A stretch of DNA of 63,329 nucleotides, filler included, from Octopus bimaculoides (GCF_001194135.2; 6 parts of 6 records of this genome joined end to end with filler, not necessarily neighbours in it); one strand, 5' to 3'. Positions 41,871 to 54,428 are shown, numbered from the whole stretch's first letter. Program-made: numbers and translations. Notes: generated from the letters alone by a model not told the origin.

Positions 41871-43171
41871 TACACAGTGGCGAACTTCATCATGTTTGCC
41901 AACCAACGGCCTACGCTGAGCACCAATGATGCTCACTCCTCATAGATTTGTTCACTATTCACTTCTTTTTCTCTGTTTGTATGTCCAACTATGTGCTGAG
42001 GGGGTAATCGGTATTTACCATAAGTTCACCACGTCTAAAGCAAACCGCTAATTTACTTGAATATGCCAATATATGTGTGTGTATATGTGTGCGTATGAAT
42101 ATGTATGTATGTTTGTATGTACATATGTATATATGTATATACATTGTGCGTGTATATGTGTGTGTATATAGGTGTGTATATGCGTGTGTGTGTGTGTGCG
42201 TGTGTCTTGTTTTGCGGCTTGTGTGTTAATTCATGTATGTAATTGTTAATGTGTGTAGACCAATCATCTATAACAAAGTAATTGTCCAGTTAAAATTCTA
42301 TTGTGAAAATCTCGGATCAAAGGAAGAAACACACGCACGCGCACACATACACACACACATATACACTCTCTCACATGCACACACTTGTACAAACACATAA
42401 ACACACATGTATACATGCATGTATAGAAGCACCGTTATTTCGTGCTTACATACACACACGTCTATACGCGTACTTTTCCTCGCACATAATTATAAACACG
42501 TATGCTCTAGATGCTGTATATATNNNNNNNNNNNNNNNNNNNNNNNNNNNNNNNNNNNNNNNNNNNNNNNNNNNNNNNNNNNNNNNNNNNNNNNNNNNNN
42601 NNNNNNNNNNNNNNNNNNNNNNNNNNNNNNNNNNNNNNNNNNNNNNNNNNNNNNNNNNNNNNNNNNNNNNNNNNNNNNNNNNNNNNNNNNNNNNNNNNNN
42701 NNNNNNNNNNNNNNNNNNNNNNNNNNNNNNNNNNNNNNNNNNNNNNNNNNNNNNNNNNNNNNNNNNNNNNNNNNNNNNNNNNNNNNNNNNNNNNNNNNNN
42801 NNNNNNNNNNNNNNNNNNNNNNNNNNNNNNNNNNNNNNNNNNNNNNNNNNNNNNNNNNNNNNNNNNNNNNNNNNNNNNNNNNNNNNNNNNNNNNNNNNNN
42901 NNNNNNNNNNNNNNNNNNNNNNNNNNNNNNNNNNNNNNNNNNNNNNNNNNNNNNNNNNNNNNNNNNNNNNNNNNNNNNNNNNNNNNNNNNNNNNNNNNNN
43001 NNNNNNNNNNNNNNNNNNNNNNNNTATATATACATTAAGACATAATTATACATGCTGAGACATATATACATCTGCACACATGTAGGCATTCATACGTGTA
43101 CTCAGAAATCTTGTATACACGCATGCATTCATTCATAAAACAATACATACATCCTTATACACACGCGCACA

Positions 43172-43209
<38 letters not shown>

Positions 43210-44044
43210 TACATATGTACACACACATAGACGCATGTACGTATACACACAAGACGACGCACAAAAGCGAATTGAATGAAAAGAGGGAGCTACTTTACTC
43301 AATGGCTACAAATAGATATTGTAACAATGGATTGGTGTTGCGGAAGTTCTCAGTCGAACTTCCGGTTCTTTCCTATGACAACAGGCCAATTATATCTTGA
43401 ACGGCAGTTTCAGGATGGAAAAAGACACATTTATATCAATAAGAGCTGGTGGTATGCTTGGTTGGTTTGGATGGATGGATGGATGGACGGGAGGGCTGGT
43501 TATTTCTAGTGGTGTGAAGTTGGTGGCGTGAAGAATCTTTTGTCTCCATGTTTCTGTCTTTCTACGGCAGCTGGAGAAGCTTGTGAGTGATCACAGTTCT
43601 GAAAAGAGGACAATGAAAGGTTCACCCGTTCGATTCCTGCGTGTAACTCTTAGCTCTTAGTGCAACCTACAAACTTCGGTTAAAATGTTTAAAGTAGTGA
43701 AAGTAAATTGAACAGAATTAACGACATTGACATTCCATAAGTTCATAAAGAGAACAGAAAGAGAACTATGGAGATTCCTTGATTTTCATAAACAGAAGTC
43801 CTTCGAGTCCTTCAACATGTCGTTCCCTCAGGCATCTACTTGTATTATACCATCTAGTGATATCATAAGTGTTTCAGCAATAGCAGTAGAGGTACACACC
43901 AGCGTCTTAATATGCTCAGCAACAAAACAGGACCACCAAGAAGGCAATTTGGTGTATGCATGTCGAAGCATGATAGCTACAGTACATGTGAGCAAATTAA
44001 TAAGCCTGTATGACTACATGGATAACACGTATATATATATATAT

Positions 44045-44144
44045 NNNNNNNNNNNNNNNNNNNNNNNNNNNNNNNNNNNNNNNNNNNNTTAATTAATTAA
44101 NNNNNNNNNNNNNNNNNNNNNNNNNNNNNNNNNNNNNNNNNNNN
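44045..44144. other. Artificial scaffold join with TTAATTAATTAA linker
   Basis: 44 N + 12-mer + 44 N. Confidence 0.97.
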
Positions 44145-44166
44145 TATATATATATGTATATATATA

Positions 44167-44205
<39 letters not shown>

Positions 44206-44269
44206 TGAGGAGACATATTGAGTCAAATAAAACCAAAATCACAGTCAGAATTTCAGTCAAATTGAAATC

Positions 44270-44420
44270 AAAATGGAAATTGTAGTTGTGGCCAATGCCA
44301 GTGTCACCTGACTGATTCCATTGCAGGTGGCACACAATAAGCACCATCCATACATGGGTTGATGCCAGTGCTGCCAGCCTGGCTCCCTGTGCCGGTGGCA
44401 CATAGAAATCACCATCTGAT
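44270..44420 (+). mobile_element. Isolated RTE 3' UTR module fragment
   Basis: gccagtgtcacctgactg...gcaggtggcacacaataagcacc...gccagtgctgccagcctggc...gtgccggtggcacatagaaatcacc. Confidence 0.75.
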
Positions 44421-44846
44421 ATAGATATGTATATACATACATATATATATATATGTATATACACACACACACACACATATATATATATATGTATATACAC
44501 ACGCATATATATATATATATATATACACACACATACATACACATGTGCATAAACACACACACAAATGCAACACACTCATACATGCATAAACACGTGTACA
44601 CACACACATACACACATATCTTCGACGATGGAACTGATAACTACTAATCTCTTTTACTAAGGATGTTCCTTAAGTTTTCCTCTCTGAAGATTGAATAGTT
44701 GGATTTTATATAAAAATCTTTGCTCAATGAGATATACACTACATAAACAGCATTTCTAGAAACAGCTGTAAAAGACTTTATGCATAACTACATAATCCCT
44801 TACAACTTTCCAATTATGTTTGAATTATAAATTGTATGCTCTAAAG

Positions 44847-45174
44847 CTGGCCTGGCCAACTCAATCGAATTACATTGTGGGCCACTTTAATCGCAGAAAG
44901 TTTTTTGAGGGCCGCTTGTATACTTTATGCACAAATAAACAAATAATCAAATTACAGAATCAAGAATTGTTCATACTTTTCATTTGTTTAAAATTAGAAA
45001 ATTGTAGGCTATTGCTTTATTGACACTTATAAATTTTGAATTTATTTTGAAACAAATATTTTACACAGACTATTTTATTTTGAAGTTAAACACAATAAAG
45101 ACGTCACCTATTTCAAGAAAGTAACAAGCAGGCCGCAAGACAAAAGTCTGCGAGCCCCAGGTTGGCCAGCCCTG
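44847..45174. mobile_element. hAT-type MITE with TIRs and 8-bp target duplication
   Basis: Left end ctggcctggccaac versus reverse-complemented right end cagggctggccaac (12/14). Flanks ctctaaag and ctccaaag (7/8). Confidence 0.85.
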
Positions 45175-45707
45175 CTCCAAAGTGATACCACATTTTGACT
45201 GTTCGTTCTTTCTAATGTGTATGTATGCATGTATGTATGTATGTATGTATGTATGTATGTATGTATGTATGTATGTATGTATGTACCTTTGTATGTATGT
45301 ATGTATGTACATATGTTTTACATGCAGGCAGGCAGGCAGGTAGCTAGCTAGCTTAACGTGCCCTTACAGCTTGCAAGATTCTGTTAAGCCCTTGCCAGCA
45401 TGGAAAATGGACATTAAATGATGATGATGATGATGATGATGATGATGTGTGTGTGTGTGTGTTTGTATGTATATATGTGTGTGTATGTGTGTAAGTATCA
45501 TCATCAACATCATTATCGTCGTTTAATGTCTACCTTCCATGCTGACATGGGTTGGACAGTTTGAGGAGCTGGCCAAGCTGGAGCCTGCACAGGCTTCTGT
45601 GTCTGTTTTAGCATGGTTTTTACAGCTGGATGCGCTTCCTAACACACACATACACATACACAATTCATAAATATATGTTATGTGTGAGCTTATATATTTA
45701 TCTTTGG

Positions 45708-45766
<59 letters not shown>

Positions 45767-45977
45767 CATGTATGTGTATATAATTCATATCCATTATATA
45801 TATATATATATAGCATGGACAACGGATGTTGAATGGTGATGACGATGATATGTGTGTGCATGTATTTATGTTTATATGTGTATATATGTATCTTTATGTA
45901 TGTATGTGTATGTGAATGCACAGATTCAGAGAGGGGAAGGAAGGGAAAGGAAATGAGAAAGAGTGCAAGGCAGATAA

Positions 45978-46011
<34 letters not shown>

Positions 46012-47224
46012 GTGGAGAAGGGATAACATTCAGTTCATTTAGTACAATAAGCAAATTTCTTGAAAGTTAATTTTACACAGACACAAACAACACACAAACG
46101 TGTGTGTGTGTGTGTGTGAATATATATATATGTGTGTACATATATATATGTCTGTGTGTGTGTGTATGTGTGTAAAATTTTACTGAGGCATTCCACAAAT
46201 GACATTTTAAGGAAGAATGTTGTTCAAAAGTTTCTTCTTTGCAATGCCTTTTAAGAAAACTTCTTTAGGATGAAATAAAATAATTGCCTCTTTGATAGAA
46301 ATACTTTTAACTCCATAGTAGTAGTAGTAGTAGTAGTAGTAGTAGCAGCAGCAGTAGTAAGAACACTTTGCAGATGTGGATAGGAGTAGGGGTAAGGATT
46401 AATTTGGAGACACAATGCAATTAGTTATGGCATAATTGGGTTTTATGTACATATATATGTGTGTTTGTGCATGTGAGTGTGTGTGTCTGTGTATGTATGT
46501 ATATGTATATGTATGTATCTGTGTGTGTGTGTGCGTAACTCTGTGTGTGTGTGTGTGTATATATATATAGCTGTGTGTGTGTGTTTATGTATGTATGGTG
46601 TCTTTTATTTTTAATTATGTAAGATCTTCCTGTAAGGAAGGAGCTGGTTTTTAACAAAGATACAAAGCTTCGACATTGGAATGTAAATAACAAAAATGAA
46701 TTCACAATTTGAACTTAAGAAAGTCTTGCATATATTCACTGTTCCACTTACAGGTTGTACTTTTCGATATACAAATTAGCTGATTGATTTCTTTTTCTAA
46801 GGACGTTGGCTAATGCAGACTGTCACTTAGGCATTCACCAAATGCACTAATTATTATTGGTATAAATGTAAATTCATTATCTATATATAGGAACCATGTA
46901 TGTCTGTGTGTATGAATGTATATCCACTTAGCTGGCAGAAATTAGTAGTACTTGTAGTAATTCAAAGAGAAGCCTTGTCACATTCTGTGTCACACTGAAT
47001 CTCCCTGAGAACTATATTAAAGGTATGTGTGTCTGGAGTGCTCAGCCACTTGGAAGTTAATTTCACAAGCATGCTGTTTTGTTGACTGGATCAACTGGAA
47101 ACCTTTTCATCATAACCAGTGGAGTGCTAGTTTAAAAAAATTGTATGTATGTATGTATGTATGTATGTATGTATGTATGTATTGGTGTATGTATGGATGT
47201 ATGTATGTATGGATGTATGTATGT

Positions 47225-47550
47225 ATGGATGTATGATGGGCTCAAGTCTCATTTGCGGACCCATAGAAAATGAACCTCCACCAACTATTGTGCCTATATG
47301 TCTGTGCACACCTGTCAATGCCATGTTTGCCACAAGGTCTGCAAATCTAACAGAGGCCTCAAAAGACATTTTAAGATCCACAAAGATCAGAACTTAACTG
47401 CAGCTCTTGATGGTCCAAATTGGATATGCAATCTATGTGGGTGTCTTTTCAAAACATTGGTTTAAAAAGCCATATCAGACGACACGATGGATCTAAGGTG
47501 TAAGTACAGGAGGTGGTCAGATTCTGCATAAGGAGTAGACAATCACTATG
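47225..47550 (+). mobile_element. 3' end of an RTE-like LINE encoding two C2H2-type fingers
   Basis: CHVCHKVCKSNRGLKRHFKIH...WICNLCGCLFKTL-GLKSHIRRH (one frameshift), then a short UTR and (TATG)n. Confidence 0.6.
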
Positions 47551-47562
47551 TATGTATGCATT

Positions 47563-47720
47563 GACGCAGACATAACTATGTAAGATCACTTCATGACCTT
47601 ATGGTTTCGGGTTCAGTCCCACTGTACAACACTTTGGATAAGTGTCTTCTACTATAACCCCAAGCCAACCAAATCCTTAGGAGTGGATTTGATAATTGAA
47701 AACTAAAAGTTGCCTATCAT
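47563..47720 (+). mobile_element. tRNA-derived SINE, family A (degenerate)
   Basis: gggttcagtcccactg...aagtgtcttctactata...gagtggatttg. Confidence 0.75.
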
Positions 47721-47728
47721 ACACATAC

Positions 47729-47759
<31 letters not shown>

Positions 47760-47838
47760 TGTCATTATTCAGTTTTATCTCAAGATTTCTTGCCAATAGA
47801 GAAAGAGCTGGTTTCAACAACATCAATAGGGAATTTTT

Positions 47839-47870
<32 letters not shown>

Positions 47871-47904
47871 TGTATGTATGTATGTATGTATGCGTGTGTG
47901 TGTT

Positions 47905-48545
47905 TCACTGGGACATTCCCCCAGTACTCCTTTTTATTATGAGTGGCTATGGCTTCTACCATACTGTTGGTTCTTATTTCTTTGTCCTTGGGTTTAACTT
48001 TCCAATGGATTTCATTATAAAGTGTCCTAGATACAACATTATGTTTCATCGGTAGATAAAGCCATGATGACATTTTTGGACAGCTGCTTATGATGTGGGT
48101 GATATCTTCGGTGTTAACTCCACAAAGACTGCATTGGTTGTCACATTTTACTGCTTTTTCTGCATCTCTGTCCCCTTTGTGCATCAGGTATTTGGTTGAT
48201 ATTTCCTGTTCCTGGATTGCAAATACATACCCTTCAAAGTGAGAGGTAGTAAACCGGCTATTGGTCAATAATAGACTGCTCTGATGATCAATGTTACTAT
48301 CATCTTGGAGCTTTCTACTAACATATCCATGCATAGTCTTCTGTTCATATATGCTCACCCTTTCATTTGATGATATGTTGCAGTAGAGTCGTGCGACTTC
48401 TTTGGGCATGTATTCTAGGTTATCAGACAAAGAGTGTTGCTCAAGGAGCTGCCTTCCAAGTCTTGTGATGTTATCAGCCTCATGTATGCAAACTTGGTCA
48501 AGGGATGCACTTCGACACTTGGTGGTTAAAAGATGTTGCCAAAGG
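47905..48545 (-). mobile_element. R4/Dong-like non-LTR retrotransposon fragment (pre-endonuclease CCHC region)
   Basis: MHGYV...EGYVFAIQEQEISTKYL...CSLCGVNTEDITHIISSCPKM...KHNVVSR...YWGNVPVK, the C-x2-C-x8-H-x4-C and RHN motifs of RLE-type LINEs. Confidence 0.85.
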
Positions 48546-48563
48546 GATATGTGTGTATGTATG

Positions 48564-48597
<34 letters not shown>

Positions 48598-48738
48598 TGT
48601 ATGTATGTATGTATGTATGTATGTATGTATGTATGCATGCATGCATGCACTTATGTATGTATGCATGCACATATGTATGTATGTAAGCTCCCCAGCTTGA
48701 CAACTATTGGAAAATGGATGTTAAATGATGATGATGAT

Positions 48739-48781
<43 letters not shown>

Positions 48782-48825
48782 NNNNNNNNNNCGAGTAATT
48801 ACTTTTACTGTTTCTCGGGCTGAGA

Positions 48826-49165
48826 AGCTAGAAAAATGGGTATATCATATAGAAGAATAGCTTTATAGAATCCAGTTGACTGCAATGGCACTGAAAAGGC
48901 TGCACGTCAAGTGGAACATCCATTTGTCACTGTTCCTTTTGTCGTTTGAATAGGTAGTATGCCAAAGGAGAATTGAAAGATTCAGTTTGAACATGAATAA
49001 AGCTAGAAGAATAGCTATATCATATAGAAGAATAGCTTTATGGAATCTAGGTGACTGTGATGGCACTGAGAAATCCAAAGGTGAAGTGGAAGACCCATTT
49101 GTCACGATTTCTTTTGACATTTGAATAGGTCGTAGGCCCAAGGAGAATTGAAAGATTCGGTTTAG
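48826..49165. repeat. Two-copy tandem repeat, period 175 bp
   Basis: agctagaa...tatatcatatagaagaatagcttta...gtggaa...ccatttgtcac...tttgaatagg...aaggagaattgaaagattc starts at 48826 and again at 49001. Confidence 0.9.
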
Positions 49166-49275
49166 GATCTGAACCAGGGTGAGACTACAACTAAGGATTT
49201 AGATTTACTCATCCTGTATGTGTGTATTATATAAGAGAAAAACATGAAATAATTGAAGTAGAAAAAAGATGGATT

Positions 49276-49530
49276 TCATATACAAACTTCTGTTTGTTCT
49301 TCAAGTTGCAATCCAGCAACTTTTAGTGTTTGGCCCTGAGTTTTAGTAATGTTCATAGCAAAAGAAAGTGGGATAGGGAACTGTAACAGCTTAAATTGGA
49401 ATGGGACATTAGATGGTATAACTGATATGCAAGGAAGGAAGACAGTGTCACCTTTACTACAACCAGTGAGAATATTTGCCTCAATGTAGTTCCTCATATG
49501 TTTGTGTACAATTATTGTTATACCATTGCA
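49276..49530 (-). mobile_element. Helitron-type PIF1 helicase fragment
   Basis: KLCNG...NYIEANILTGCSKGDTVFLPCISVIPSNVPFQFKLLQFPIPLSFAMNITKTQGQTLKVAGLQLEE. Confidence 0.88.
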
Positions 49531-49578
49531 TAATTTTGGACAAACAAACAAATGGACAGAATCTCTCTGTTATATATA

Positions 49579-49759
49579 CCATATTTCAACTTGTATAACG
49601 AACTCTCATGTATAAGGAACCCCCTAATTTTGGGAGCTTAAAATTTGGAAAAAAATGGTTTTGTAAGGGATTATAATACTATCCATGTATAAGAAACTCC
49701 CATATTTCTTTAACCTAATTTTTGACAAAAACGGGTTCCTTATACACATTAAAATACGG
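49579..49759. mobile_element. Tc1/mariner-pogo type MITE with TA target duplication
   Basis: Left ta|ccatatttcaacttgtataacgaac versus reverse-complemented right ta|ccgtattttaatgtgtataaggaac. Confidence 0.8.
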
Positions 49760-49764
49760 TATAC

Positions 49765-49846
<82 letters not shown>

Positions 49847-49975
49847 CATACATACATACATATTCATAATAGCTTCCCATGAACCACTCACTTTCATTTT
49901 GATGGAGAAACAAATGAATAATAGATGTAATAGACAAAGATGATAATAATAATGATAATAATAATAATAATAATG

Positions 49976-50023
<48 letters not shown>

Positions 50024-50636
50024 GATCCATACATACATGCATACATACATATAGCTTCCCTTGAACCATTCACTTTCATTTTGGTTGACAAACAAACGAA
50101 CAAACACACAAACGGACAGAATCTCTCTTTTTTATATATAAAAGCTATATGTACATGCTTGAATGTTATTGATTCTAGCTATGAGTGTCATCTGTTGCTC
50201 TCATAATCTATCTACATATATAAACAGTCATGCTTAAACTGACATGTGGACAGAGAAATTAACATATCAGTGGGAACACATAGAAAATACAATTGTAAAT
50301 CAGAATATCAAAATAGAAATTCAACAGGTAGCTACAGGGAGTCTATATGAAGCACAATGACTACATATCTGAGTCTGGCCAAAGCCACATGCTGAAGTTT
50401 GAACCAATAATCTTGGATAGTAGACTTGACCGACCTTCAGGTTTAATGACACCACCGAGTACCTTTGGTGCTTTCACCTGAATTTATTCCAACGCCAGCA
50501 TTCAAACGAGGTTTTCTTTTAGTTAGAGTTGTGGTTCTCAACTATTTTTCTACCTATGGATCCATTTGACTCCTATCTTATTTGGATGGACCCTTATAAC
50601 CAGTTGATGTTTAAAAAATCCTATTATATTTTTATA

Positions 50637-50805
50637 GGCGCAGGAGTGGCTGTGCGGAAAGTAGCTTGCTTACCAACCACATGATCCCGGGTTCAGTCCC
50701 ACTGCATGGCATCTTGGGCAAGTGTCTTCTACTAAAGCCTCAGGCCGACCAAAGCCGTGTGAGTGGATTTGGTAGACGAAAATGAAAGAAGCCCGTCGTA
50801 TATAT
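50637..50805 (+). mobile_element. tRNA-derived SINE, family A (CORE-like), near full length
   Basis: ggcgcaggagtggctgtgcgg...ccgggttcagtcccactgcatggcatcttgggcaagtgtcttctac...ggtagacgaaaatgaaagaagcccgtcg(ta)n. Confidence 0.9.
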
Positions 50806-50814
50806 GTATATATA

Positions 50815-50914
50815 NNNNNNNNNNNNNNNNNNNNNNNNNNNNNNNNNNNNNNNNNNNNTTAATTAATTAANNNNNNNNNNNNNNNNNNNNNNNNNNNNNN
50901 NNNNNNNNNNNNNN
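50815..50914. other. Artificial scaffold join with TTAATTAATTAA linker
   Basis: 44 N + 12-mer + 44 N. Confidence 0.97.
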
Positions 50915-50995
50915 ACACACACACACACATACATACATACATAAATATATCTAAGCATTAACACACACACATACACACACACAAACACGCACACA

Positions 50996-51028
<33 letters not shown>

Positions 51029-51535
51029 TCACACACAAACGCGAAGCAATCTCTCACTTTCTTTCACTCTTTCTTTCTCTTTCTCTGTCTTTGTCTTTCC
51101 CTCTCTCTCTCTCTCCCTCACTCGCTCTTCCTCTCTTTCTGTGTCTCCCTCATTCACGTAGATGTGCAGTTTGAGAATAAGCAATCATTCTTACTATGAT
51201 GGATGGCCCAATCTTAGCCCAGTGATATATATGTGTGTGTCTGTGTGTCTCTGTGCATATGTATATCATATACATAGACATAAATGTATTTCCATATTTT
51301 GTATACTATATCTGTTTATACACACACACATACACACAAATATTTATCACTATCTAACTATTCATCTATGAGACTATATATCTATCAATCAATCAGTCTG
51401 TATACCTGTATGTATGTATGTTATGTGTGTGTATGTATGTATGTATGTATGTATGTATGTACGTATGTATGTACGTATGTATGTGTATATGTACGTATGT
51501 ATGTACGCGAATGCATAGACATATATATTTATATA

Positions 51536-51573
<38 letters not shown>

Positions 51574-52565
51574 GCACACACCCAAATATACACACGTACA
51601 NNNNNNNNNNNNNNNNNNNNNNNNNNNNNNNNNNNNNNNNNNNNNNNNNNNNNNNNNNNNNNNNNNNNNNNNNNNNNNNNNNNNNNNNNNNNNNNNNNNN
51701 NNNNNNNNNNNNNNNNNNNNNNNNNNNNNNNNNNNNNNNNNNNNNNNNNNNNNNNNNNNNNNNNNNNNNNNNNNNNNNNNNNNNNNNNNNNNNNNNNNNN
51801 NNNNNNNNNNNNNNNNNNNNNNNNNNNNNNNNNNNNNNNNNNNNNNNNNNNNNNNNNNNNNNNNNNNNNNNNNNNNNNNNNNNNNNNNNNNNNNNNNNNN
51901 NNNNNNNNNNNNNNNNNNNNNNNNNNNNNNNNNNNNNNNNNNNNNNNNNNNNNNNNNNNNNNNNNNNNNNNNNNNNNNNNNNNNNNNNNNNNNNNNNNNN
52001 NNNNNNNNNNNNNNNNNNNNNNNNNNNNNNNNNNNNNNNNNNNNNNNNNNNNNNNNNNNNNNNNNNNNNNNNNNNNNNNNNNNNNNNNNNNNNNNNNNNN
52101 NNNNNNNNNNNNNNNNNNNNNNNNNNNNNNNNNNNNNNNNNNNNNNNNNNNNNNNNNNNNNNNNNNNNNNNNNNNNNNNNNNNNNNNNNNNNNNNNNNNN
52201 NNNNNNNNNNNNNNNNNNNNNNNNNNNNNNNNNNNNNNNNNNNNNNNNNNNNNNNNNNNNNNNNNNNNNNNNNNNNNNNNNNNNNNNNNNNNNNNNNNNN
52301 NNNNNNNNNNNNNNNNNNNNNNNNNNNNNNNNNNNNNNNNNNNNNNNNNNNNNNNNNNNNNNNNNNNNNNNNNNNNNNNNNNNNNNNNNNNNNNNNNNNN
52401 NNNNNNNNNNNNNNNNNNNNNNNNNNNNNNNNNNNNNNNNNNNNNNNNNNNNNNNNNNNNNNNNNNNNNNNNNNNNNNNNNNNNNNNNNNNNNNNNNNNN
52501 NNNNNNNNNNNNNNNNNNNNNNNNNNNNNNNNNNNNNNNNNNNNNNNNNNNNNNNNNNNNNNNNN

Positions 52566-52624
<59 letters not shown>

Positions 52625-54083
52625 GTATATGTATGTATATATGTATATATATATTATCTTATATAAGTATGTATGCATGTATGTATGTATGTATGAAAGT
52701 ATTGCCTGTTTTCAGTTTGTAAGCATTTTTTCTTTTCTAAAATAATCGGCAGAAATACGTTTTGTTAGTGATTGATTGATTGGAAGTAAGAAGATTCAGT
52801 CAGGTAAATAAAACTGATATCGCTTTTGCGTGTGTTTTTGTGTATCTATGTGTATACCTGTATACGTATGTGTATGTGTGTGAGCGTACACACACACACA
52901 CACACACACACGTGTGTGTCTATGCGCGCGTTTGTGTATGTGTTTGTTCGTGTTTGTGCAGATGTGAGCTCGTCTGTATACGTGCTTGTATGTATCTTTA
53001 GTCAAATGTTGTTTTGTGTGTGTATGAGTGTGTGTGTCTGCGCGCACGTGTCTGTGTCTGTATCTGTGTGTTTGAAATTCGATCATTTTTAATCAACGCG
53101 TAAAATGATTTGTGTCCAATTCTCTCTAATTTCTTTCGAATATTAAACTCTGAAGTCATATGAAAATATATTTCTCACAATACTTATGACAAATCTTTGT
53201 AGTTTTATAGAAACGTTGTAGAATTACTGGGAATTGCTACTTCAGAGAATAGTGTTCTACTTGAAGGGACAGAATTGGTACTAAGAATATATTTTTTTAC
53301 GTTCAGAAACCATTCTCAAAGAGTGAAAAGAACATGCATATATTTCTATGCAATTCTATTAATTTTTCATGAGAGAGAGAGAGAGTCGGTTAACGCCTCT
53401 GTTAACTGTGGATAGTATTATTTCGTTCTCTTTCTGGACTCTTCAGCACGATATAACTCGAGATTTTAAAATCAGTCAGTCTAAATACATTTAAAAATAT
53501 AAAACGATCTATTTCATTTGTGATTCCTCTTCTAACACTAGAGGAAAGAAGGAAAGACAGAGGCAGAAGGAGAAAAACCAACTTACACGCTCTGAAATAT
53601 TTTGCATTGTTTCTTTTTTTTTATGGTTTTTCTTCAATTTCATTTTCTTCAAAAGANNNNNNNNNNNNNNNNNNNNNNNNNNNNNNNNNNNNNNNNNNNN
53701 NNNNNNNNNNNNNNNNNNNNNNNNNNNNNNNNNNNNNNNNNNNNNNNNNNNNNNNNNNNNNNNNNNNNNNNNNNNNNNNNNNNNNNNNNNNNNNNNNNNN
53801 NNNNNNNNNNNNNNNNNNNNNNNNNNNNNNNNNNNNNNNNNNNNNNNNNNNNNNNNNNNNNNNNNNNNNNNNNNNNNNNNNNNNNNNNNNNNNNNNNNNN
53901 NNNNNNNNNNNNNNNNNNNNNNNNNNNNNNNNNNNNNNNNNNNNNNNNNNNNNNNNNNNNNNNNNNNNNNNNNNNNNNNNNNNNNNNNNNNNNNNNNNNN
54001 NNNNNNNNNNNNNNNNNNNNNNNNNNNNNNNNNNNNNNNNNNNNNNNNNNNNNNNNNNNNNNNNNNNNNNNNNNNNNNNNNNN

Positions 54084-54320
54084 GTATAATAAAAAAAATT
54101 CAGACAAATACATAACAAAAACACCAGGACTTACAAATATATATAACATACAGAAAATTGCACTACTGGGCACTGCACACATCCTACGCAAAACACTTTC
54201 AATACAGTAACCTTAAGAGCATCACAACAAATCACAGCACGTACCCAAGGCACACAGAGCTGCGCTCGGTAGTGAAGTGAAAGCACGTTAAAAAAATAAA
54301 ACTACTGAATAATAATAATA
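54084..54320 (+). mobile_element. 3' end of an R4/Dong-like LINE ending in (AAT)n
   Basis: KYITKTPGLTNIYNIQKIALLGTAHILRKTLSIQ*, the typical IQK..LLGTA.ILR C-terminus of RLE elements, then a short UTR and aataataataata. Confidence 0.85.
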
Positions 54321-54382
54321 ACAACAACAACAACATCGAAAAATACCTTAGGAATGAGAACCCAGGTTCGCAATTTCCCCAA

Positions 54383-54428
54383 GACACCTGATGAAGGCTG
54401 GAGGGCATCTCAGCCGAAACGTTGTGTT
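54383..54428 (+). ncRNA. Minimal type I hammerhead ribozyme (PLE-type, palindromic stem III)
   Basis: GACAC-CUGAUGA-A-GGCUG[GAGGGCAUCU]CAGCC-GAAAC-GUU-GUGUU. Stem I is GACAC/GUGUU, stem II is GGCUG/CAGCC, and an ACGU palindrome replaces stem III. Confidence 0.7.

Noticed and set aside
41875-42034. Possible small MITE (gtggcgaactt / aagttcaccac)
   Set aside because: Only an 11-bp imperfect inverted repeat with no target-site duplication.
50340-50520. Faint resemblance of the minus-strand translation to a Polinton/adenain protease (GT.W, QIC.HC)
   Set aside because: Needs several frameshifts and stops, and no other Polinton genes are nearby.
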